From contig OX597822.1 in the NCBI GenBank assembly GCA_951406725.2, forward strand, positions 67,146,001 to 67,210,000: a stretch of 64,000 bases of DNA, written 5' to 3'. The position numbers and the translations under genes were made by a program. Positions within the stretch are counted from its first letter, which is position 1. Every line of letters begins with the position of its first letter. Shown in pieces: positions 55,566-64,000 of this stretch. A model generated the notes under the pieces. The model saw only the letters and a program-made list of their open reading frames with translations. It had not been told where the DNA came from and ran no database searches. This stretch comes from Octopus vulgaris. Its lineage: Eukaryota.

Positions 55566-56687
55566 GTGTGTGTATATGTATATATATATATATATACGTT
55601 TAAATATTTGTTGTGCAAGATTTTTTATGTGAAGTCGTGTGTTGAAACAGATATTGTTATATTTCGGAATGGTCATATTGCAGTTTAGCCAATAAAAACA
55701 CACGCACTATATATTTGGTGTTATTTTGCTTCAGTGATATTTATTTTTTACATTAATCTTAATCTTATTTCGGCCAAAGTTCTTTCGTCACACTCCTGTG
55801 ACCGCATCAGTGGTCCTTTGTTTTCTTCTCACTTACTTGTGTCTCTCCTTACTAACCGTCAGCCATTTTGTATTTCTATTGTATGTCTTCATTTGCATGC
55901 TTATATCTCTATGTGCGTCTATGTTTATTTAGTGTGTGGGGGGGGGGATGCCTGTAATATTTGTATCTTCTGGTTATATACATTCTTGTAATTTGTATTT
56001 TGTTTTTGTTGTTATTGCTTTTGTTCTAATTTTGTTCATGTGTTTACATCCACCCATTATTATCATTACATATGCTTGTATGTATGTATAACAACAATAT
56101 TAGTAATAATAATAATAAATCTAATCGAAAAAAAAAAAATTAAAAAAAAAAAAAAAATAAGAAAAGAATATACATATACATATATATATATACATACATA
56201 TACATATACATATACATATATATATATACATACATATACACATACATATACATATATATGCACATATACACACATATATACACATATAGATATTCATTTC
56301 TATTTCTTTAATTACCTGTGTATTTATTATGTTTGCAGGATCCACTATTGTCATATGTTGTGGTGTGTGCTATTGCTCCATTCTAGTTTTCTATTCAGGC
56401 TAGGTTTATTTTCTATTATATGTGTAGCTTCTGTAATTTGTCTAATTGTTGCATCTGTTCTATGTGTTGACAATATCTTAATCTCTATGTTATTGATTGA
56501 TCCCCCGTGTTCTTGTTCGGCGTGTTGGTACAGAATCGATGAGTTTTACCTTCCTTGAGTTGTCTCCAATGTTCATTCACCCGCTCACCAATGCTTCTTG
56601 CAGTTTCTTACGTATGTTACTGTCTTGTTAAAGGATGCATCGTCCTCTATACATCTTATACTATAGACCACATTTCTGGCTTTACAG

Positions 56688-57026
56688 AACTGTAAAGCCA
56701 GAAATGTGGTCTATAGTATAAGATGTATAGAGGGACGATGCAGTAACAAGACAGTAACATACGTAGGGGAAACTGCAAGAAGCATTGGTGAGCGGGTGAA
56801 TGAACATTGGAGACAACTCAAGGAAGGTAAAAGCTCATCGATTCTGTACCAACACGCCGAACAAGAACACGGGGGATCAATCAATAACATAGAGATTAAG
56901 ATATTGTCAACACATAGAACAGATGCAACAATTAGACAAATTACAGAAGCTACACATATAATAGAAAATAAACCTAGCCTGAATAGAAAACTAGAATGGA
57001 GCAATAGCGCACACCACAACATATGA
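56688..57026 (+). CDS. C-terminal GIY-YIG endonuclease domain of a Penelope-like element (5'-truncated)
   Basis: NCKARNVVYSIRCIEGRC..YVGETARSIGERVNEH..LYQHAEQEH..RQITEATHI..PSLNRKLEW: VVY/YVG, conserved R, H, E, N and CCHH ligands; open frame on the right arm, frameshifted on the left arm. Confidence 0.88.
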   Translation, partial: NCKARNVVYSIRCIEGRCSNKTVTYVGETARSIGERVNEHWRQLKEGKSSSILYQHAEQEHGGSINNIEIKILSTHRTDATIRQITEATHIIENKPSLNRKLEWSNSAHHNI

Positions 57027-57550
57027 CAATAGTGGATCCTGCAAACATAATAAATACACAGGTAATTAAAGAAATAGAAATGAATATCTATATGTGTATA
57101 TATGTGTGTATATGTGCATATATATGTATATGTATGTGTATATGTATGTATATATATATATGTATATGTATATGTATATGTATGTATATATATATATGTA
57201 TATGTATATTCTTTTTTATTTTTTTTTTTTTTTTTCGATTAGATTTATTATTATTATTACTAATATTGTTGTTATACATACATACAAGCATATGTAATGA
57301 TAATAATGGGTGGATGTAAACACATGAACAAAATTAGAACAAAAGCAATAACAACAAAAACAAAATACAAATTACAAGAATGTATATAACCAGAAGATAC
57401 AAATATTACAGGCATCCCCCCCCCCACACACACTAAATAAACATAGACGCACATAGAGATATAAGCATGCGCAAATGAAGACATACAATAGAAATACAAA
57501 ATGGCTGACGGTTAGTAAGGAGAGACACAAGTAAGTGAGAAGAAAACAAA

Positions 57551-57595
57551 GGACCACTGATGCGGTCACAGGAGTGTGACGAAAGAACTTTGGCC
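57551..57595 (+). ncRNA. Hammerhead-like motif with a CTGATGCG core (copies at 55772-55816 and 37318-37362 on -)
   Basis: GGACCA-CTGATGCG-GTCACA ggag TGTGAC-GAAA-GAAC-TT-TGGCC: perfect 6-bp stem II, CCA/TGG stem I, minimal stem III. Confidence 0.55.
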
Positions 57596-57709
57596 GAAAT
57601 AAGATTAAGATTAATGTAAAAAATAAATATCACTGAAGCAAAATAACACCAAATATATAGTGCGTGTGTTTTTATTGGCTAAACTGGCAATATGACCATT
57701 CCGAAATAT

Positions 57710-57749
<40 letters not shown>

Positions 57750-57807
57750 ACACACACACTTGTATGCATCTCTCTCTCTCTGTATATATATATATATATA
57801 TATATAG

Positions 57808-58003
57808 AAATGTTTTCGTGATGAGATAAAAAAAACCAAGGCTGTGTAGATTTTAGAACATTTATAAATAGAAGCTCTTACACCTGTTTCTAGGATATCT
57901 ATTATATCCCTTCATCGGAGACGGTGTGAGAAGATGGTTAAGTAATAGTTAATTTGGATATGATACGAAATAGAGAGTGAGGTGGAGGAATGAAAATAGA
58001 TGT
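57808..58003 (-). mobile_element. Penelope pseudo-LTR-like repeat with a hammerhead-like motif at 57876-57921
   Basis: TCT-CCGATGA-AGGGATAT aatag ATATCCTA-GAAA-CAGGTG-TA-AGA; homologous to 34487-34675; between (TA)n and (TG)n. Confidence 0.65.
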
Positions 58004-58004
58004 G

Positions 58005-58057
<53 letters not shown>

Positions 58058-59269
58058 TGTCTATACTCACATACACACGCACATGTTTGCATGTATATGT
58101 AAATGTGTGTATGCTAATTTATGTGATGTGAACATTGATTATAAATAGTAGAGCAATCAACTACGGTTTTATTCAGTCGGTTGATAACAGTTATAATGTA
58201 AGTTTTAAAATGTCGTTATTCAAGCAACATAGAATGATATGTTGAAGCTCTTAAAAAATTTATCATTTCGTCTGAAAGTCGACAAAATTTCATTCCATCA
58301 TTTAGTTTTGATGTATGATCGCAAATGTTGGCTTTCGGCGGACGAAATACCACAAGTCATTTCGCTCGGTGGGCTAACTTTTCTGCCTGTTCGCTGCTTT
58401 ATCGGTGCTTTATATTAAAATGCCATTAGATGCTGGTAATGTCACCCCTTCGTCTCTCGAGTTCTAAATGTAATTTGATAGTGTTGTGGTGTTTTTCAGA
58501 TGGCAATGACGCGAAGAATTGTTTTGCAGGTATAGGTGTCACTTCAAGATATATCATGTAAGCTCTAAATCGCTTTAAAAATACAAAGCGTTGACACCAT
58601 ACTTATTTATAAATTAATTTTCTCTTTCGCCAAGGAAAAAAATACTACTTCTAATTTCACGGATTTCACTAGTTAACAGTATAAAATTACTAATCTGTGC
58701 ATGTCGGAAACCAACTCCCCTTCTAGATATCGTTGAATATCACAGCTAATCCTTGATTCAATTTTCTGCTAATAGAGATTTTTAAAATCGATACCTCACA
58801 ATATAAGGGAAAAGTGCAAATCTTTGTTTTTATTTTCCATTGTTACTCTTTTATTTTTAATTCGCATTGCAGAGGCTTCTATAAATGATTTTCACTCTAT
58901 TTCACAATGCTTCATATAAATTATATTAATTTAGTATCATTAATCCTAAACCAGAATAAATTTACTATCATGAATTATTTATTCAATCTAACGTATAAAC
59001 CTGTAAAGATCGGTTGCCAGATTAAATTCCTAAATTATTGTCTGGAATGAAAGGCCATTCATCAGGTAATCACTAACATTCATCCTACCTGAATGCTTTA
59101 GTTGAACTAACAATAAAACCTATCACTAATATCTATACACTATTTTATATTTAGGAAACTTCTGTGTCACGTTCATACAGTGCTTCATCAATACTGCCAA
59201 AATAATTTAGATCTGTAATTAAAATTTGTACTGCTTCATAGTACATTACTACGATGCTCAGTTGATACT

Positions 59270-59445
59270 TAAAGACTCCGCCGGTTACGACGACGAGGGT
59301 CCCAGCTGATACGATCAACGGAACAGCTTGCTCGTGAAATTAACGTAAAGTGTCTTGCTCAAGGACACAACGCGTCGCCGGGAATCGAACTCACAACCTT
59401 ACGATCTTGAGCCGAATGCCCTAACCACTAAGCCACGCGCCCTCA
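59270..59445 (-). mobile_element. Short tRNA-headed SINE with 13-bp TSD
   Basis: A box TGGCTTAGTGG and B box GAGTTCGATTCC; CTCAGTTGATACT duplicated at 59257-59269 and 59446-59458. Confidence 0.9.
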
Positions 59446-59999
59446 CTCAGTTGATACTACCACGATCCAGTTGCCAATATTAAGAAGCGTCTCACAAATA
59501 TCTGTTTGGTATCAAAGTAAGCATTACATCTTTTCTTCCTACCTTGATATTCTTCTTTCATCCTTATCACGCTGACAAATAAAACACCTACATCAAATCT
59601 GTTGGTAACATCAGAGACATTCGGTCTTCTATCGTTGCACCTAAGACCACTTGACTATTTTTACGCACACAGACACAGACAGACAGACACACTCACACAC
59701 ACACTCATGTAACTACAGTTACTTGCTCAAAATTTTATTTGATCCAAATGACATAACGAAAAACTAAAATTTATATTCGATATAGAATCTATTTGTAAAG
59801 CAGTGTACTATTTCAAATACAGTTAATTCAAGTGTTTATACTACACATCGTATTCTAAACCAAACACAAAACTTTATGTCAAGACTGTAGTCAGAGCACT
59901 TTGCTATCTTACCACAACCCTATTTCTTAATATATGTATATCCCAGTGGTGCCTCCACATAACTGAATCTACTAAAAACGCCATGTATCACTTTTACTC

Positions 60000-60378
60000 T
60001 TTCACCCTTTTACTTTTTTCAGTCATTTGACTGTGGCCATGCTGGAGCATCACCTTTAGCTGAGCAAATCGATCCCAGACATGATTATTTGTAAGCCTAG
60101 GACTTATTCTATCGGTGTCTCTTGCCGAACCGCTAAGTTATGGGGGCGTAAAGAAACCAGCATTGTCAAGCGATGTTGGAGGAACAAACACAGACACACA
60201 AACACACACACATATGTATACATATATACGACGGGGTTCTTTCAGTTTCCATCTTCGAAATCCACTCACAAGGCTTTGGTTGGCCCGAGGCTATAGTAGA
60301 AGACATTTGCCCAAGGTGCCACGAAGTGGGACTGAACCCGAAACCATTTAGTTAGTAAGCAAGATACTTACCACACAG
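60000..60378 (-). mobile_element. SINE family A
   Basis: Reverse complement of the family A head, body and tail. Confidence 0.85.
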
Positions 60379-60454
60379 TTTTTAATTAGGTGTCACTTTT
60401 TAAGTAAACAGACGAAATGTGGCTACGGGGAAATTTAGAGATGTTACCAAATAA

Positions 60455-60595
60455 CTACATTATTTACATTTGACAGAAATTTGTCCTCATCTTGTTTGTT
60501 ATTAACACAAAGTTTCAGCTGATATACCCTCCAGCCTTCATCAGGTGTCTTGGGGAAATTTCGAACCTGGGTTCTCGTTCCTAAGGTATTTTTCG

Positions 60596-60653
<58 letters not shown>

Positions 60654-60787
60654 GCACGTCACAGCCTGAAATCGAACTCGGAATCTTTGGGCTAGTAGTC
60701 CGCATATGGCATATGGCGTAGTGGTTAAGGTCCCGGGCTACTAACCCCAAGATTCCGAGTTCAATTCCAAGCAGTGACCTGAATATT
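60455..60787. mobile_element. tRNA-head + (TAA)n + hammerhead element (60455-60703, -) with an inverted second tRNA-like head (60708-60787, +)
   Basis: + head: TGGCGTAGTGG (A box), GGGCTACTAACCC anticodon arm, GAGTTCAATTCC (B box); the same head in reverse at 60655-60703 continues through (TAA)n into the hammerhead motif. Confidence 0.75.
60504..60549 (-). ncRNA. Minimal type I hammerhead motif
   Basis: ACAC-CTGATGA-A-GGCTG gagggtatat CAGCT-GAAAC-TTT-GTGT: stem I ACAC/GTGT, canonical core, one substitution away from the GAAACGTT minimal stem III. Confidence 0.65.
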
Positions 60788-60929
60788 GCAATGACCAGCT
60801 GCTTATAGAGTTCTAAACTCGACCATACTAGCCATAGCATTCAAGCATCCATAACGACATTGCTATTACAATGTGGATAATTAATAGATATATTAATGGC
60901 TGTTTCCTGCACCAGCTTCACATAGCAGC

Positions 60930-61396
60930 CCCAGCCCATCCAAAGTACCTTGGATCGCAGGACGGCCTGCTGTGCGTACCATAGATCGTAGGGCGACCTG
61001 CTGTGCTTGAGGAGACCTATTGAGTCAAGTACATCAACAACAAAATAAAATTCAAATAGAAATTGTAGTTGTGATACCCGTGCCGGTGGCAAGTAAAAAG
61101 CACCATCCGAACTTGGCCGATGACAGCGCCGCCTTGACTAGCTTCCGTGCCGGTGGCACGTAAAAAGCACCAACCGATCGTGACCGTTGCCAGCCTCCCG
61201 TTGCACGTAAAAAGCACCCGCTACACTCAAGGAGTGGTTGGCGTTAGGAAGGGCATCCAGCTGTAGAAAAACTGCCAGATCAGACTCGAGCCTGGTGCAG
61301 CCTCCTGACTTCCCAGACCCCGGTTGAACAGTCCAGCCCATGCTAGCATGGAAAACTGGAAAACGAACGTTAAGCTATGATGATGATGATGATGAT
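60930..61396 (+). mobile_element. RTE-related non-autonomous retroelement with (GAT)n tail
   Basis: Three GCA(A/C)GTAAAAAGCACC units, GGTTGGCGTTAGGAAGGGCATCCAGCTGTAGAAA (RTE-associated motif), and CCCATGCTAGCATGGAAA..CGTTAA..(GAT)n end. Confidence 0.7.
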
Positions 61397-62869
61397 TTAT
61401 GGACTCGTATCCATACGCTTCATAAACTCATGTCCCTCTAATATGTATGATGTAAATGTATTTAGTTATATGTGTGTGGGCGTATTTATTTAGATATATT
61501 TATGTGTGCCTGCTTATGTGTGCATATGTGTGTAATTCAGTATATGTGTGTGCGTGAGTGTGTTTCTGTGTATGTGTGTGTCTGTGTGTGTGTTTGTGTG
61601 TGTGTATGTATGTATACGTGTCTGTGTATATATGTGTGTGTGTATGTTTATGTGTGTGTTGTGTGCGTGCAAGGACGCAGATATAAGAGGGATCGTCATT
61701 TCCGAAAGTGTGACCAATTTTAGCAATTTTAGTAAAATAATGGAAACAATCAAAATAGAAATCTTTTATTAATAAAAATTAATCAAACATTTCATATTGT
61801 TAAGTTTGAAATATTCAATTAATTTAAATTATTTCAAATTATTTCAAGTTTCAAAATTCAATTTGATTCCATCACAATGACTCTTGAAAATGATTAATTT
61901 TAATAGTCTGTTAATATTATACACACACTTGTGTGTGTGTGTGTGTGTGTGTGAGTTATGTATGTGATATTGATTTTCTTCTGTTTGATGTTCGTTAATA
62001 CGTGTTTGCTGTGAGCATCCTCTTCTTTTCCAAGTCAGCCGAAACAAACAAGCAATCACATCAAATCAATAACGATTTCATTTCATTTCAGAATTTTAAG
62101 GCCTATAAAAAAGTTCGAAATTACATTTCAGATGTATTGGATACTTAAGTAATTATCTGTAGAAATAAATGCAATAAAGAGAACAAAATAATTTTGAGGC
62201 CCAGCATCTTAAGCCAAGACCACAAACACTTCAAAGATCATCCTATTCATATGCGACTTTCAATGATTATAATTTTACTAACAATATCACGTTTCCACCA
62301 GGCATTTTGCTTGTTTCTACACGTTCATTTGATCTACTGCAAATGGTCAAATCTCTCTGAGACTACTCAAACTAGAAACGACGAACTGATTGAAGATCCA
62401 ATAGTCAAAATAACTGGGGAAAAAAAAGGAGAAATAAAAGAGCGGATGGTTATTAGTGGAACGGTAACAAATGATAAAAAGTGGAGACCAAACAACATGC
62501 ATAACAACGCCAAGAATGAAGAACATTAATAAGCTAGGACTTCGGATAAGTGACAATGTGAACATCGGAAAGGAAGCTGTGAATAGAAAATTCAATCATA
62601 TGCTGACAGACGACAGAAATAATCAAAATCACACCCCAATTTACTCTATATCACAAAAAAAACACGACACTCTAAAGCCATAAGAACCCCAGTTTATTTA
62701 ATAAAATCTACAACTGAAATAATAAATTTACCTGTCATGTATAACAACTTCTAGGACAAGATAAGCAGCATTCAAAACTGTAGTTAATCACAGCAAAAAA
62801 TCAAAGAATGCAACGTACGTTTTCACAATACCATTACAGATGAAAAACTAAATATATTTAAATACAGCC

Positions 62870-63020
62870 TCCCAACCACATGGTTCTGGGTTCAATCCTA
62901 CTATGTGACACTCTGCACAAGTGTCTTCTGCTATAACCTCAGGCCATCCAAAGCCTTGTCAGTAAATTTGCTGGATGGAAACTGAAAGAAGCTTACTGTG
63001 TGTGTGTGTGGTTGTGTGTT
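62870..63020 (+). mobile_element. SINE family A, 5' half
   Basis: CCAACCACATGGTTCTGGGTTCAATCC..CAAGTGTCTTCTGCTATA..GGAAACTGAAAGAAGC(TG)n. Confidence 0.75.
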
Positions 63021-63265
63021 ACTGTTATTAAATTTTCTACTGCCACCTCCACATCACATGACTACCATAAGGACAGATCAGGTACCGGAACAAGGATTCT
63101 GGATTATTTTCCCGATTTTTTACTTAATTTTAGAGAGTGGTCGGGTTCATTTTTAGTATTCTCGTTTGTGAGTGCTATCGAGTCTGTTTCAGATATTATC
63201 ATTTTAAAAATCACCTCCGGCTAATCATTGGTGTTGCCTTGGCGGAGGTTTGCCCTGAGTACTCT

Positions 63266-63323
63266 CATCATCACCATCATCACCATCATCATCATCATCA
63301 CCATCACCACCACCACCACCACC

Positions 63324-63373
<50 letters not shown>

Positions 63374-63389
63374 TATTATTATTATTATT
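63266..63389. repeat. (CAT)/(CAC)/(TAT) microsatellite
   Basis: Directly visible. Confidence 0.97.
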
Positions 63390-64000
63390 GAGTCGTTACC
63401 GCACAAGACAAAATACTTAACGAAATTTCGTCCATCTTTACGCTCTGTGTCCAAAAGCTGATGACGATGGACTTTGCCATCATCATTTCAGGTCAATAAT
63501 ATATGTACCAGTTTCCCATTGTGATCGATGTAATCAGCTAGTCTCCTCCATTAAAATTTCAGGCGTTGAGTCTATAGTAAAAAGGATTATTATTATTGAT
63601 AGAATCATTACCACGCTGGCCGAGATTCTTGGGGATACTTCGTCCATCTTCACGTTTTGAGTTCAAATTCCGCCGAGGTTAACTTTGCCTGTTATTCTTA
63701 CGGGGTCGATAAATTAACTACCGGTGAAACAGTAGGGTCGATGTAATCGACTAGTCCCATCCCCCCAAATTTCAGGCGTTGTGTTTTTTGTTGAAAGTAT
63801 TATTATTATTATTATTATTATTGAGTGAGAGAGTAGCGCATGCCATCAAAGTGACACTGGGGTAAAATATACGAAGCCGGTATACCCATCCTCACTACCC
63901 GTCTAATAAGGGTACACTAGGCACATACATCACAACAATATGCGCGCGACATAGTAATCTCATATCAAGGTAAACAGCGCATGACCTTGCAGGTGGGGCC

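Larger units (their letters stand above)
55578..57717. mobile_element. Penelope-like element as a head-to-head inverted dimer of 3' ends (palindrome)
   Basis: 55651-56687 is the reverse complement of 56690-57717 (spacer AA); GIY-YIG ORF, pseudo-LTR and hammerhead-like motif on each arm; the left arm has an extra extension; (TA)n flanks. Confidence 0.92.

Noticed and set aside
61075-61220. Repeat-spacer pattern resembling a CRISPR array
   Set aside because: Only three imperfect units within a eukaryotic retroelement, and no cas genes.
63823-64000. Repeat-like sequence next to (TTA)n at the window end
   Set aside because: Truncated by the window, with no diagnostic motif or second copy for classification.

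Overview
Eukaryotic, AT-rich, microsatellite-saturated DNA whose repeat content (tRNA-headed SINEs, TAA-associated RLE LINEs, Penelope-like elements, Chapaev3, mariner) looks like a coleoid cephalopod, most likely Octopus (inference). I find no supportable host exon; almost all ORFs in the track are translated microsatellites. The window is a mosaic of mostly decayed mobile elements: several SINE families, CR1/L2, R4/Dong-like, HERO-like and L1/Tx1-like LINE fragments, a solo LTR with TSD, a TIR/TSD-bounded Chapaev3, Tc1/mariner derivatives and a Helitron-like element. The most interesting signal is a set of at least five unrelated repeat families carrying type I hammerhead-ribozyme(-like) motifs, mostly in fold-back insertions. 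These include a ~2.07 kb near-perfect palindrome of a Penelope-like GIY-YIG 3' end, a ~355 bp non-coding retrozyme-like unit, and a tRNA-headed element with a hammerhead tail. A 5S rRNA-derived head fused to a LINE-type tail is also present. All calls were made by eye; coordinates of degraded elements are approximate.
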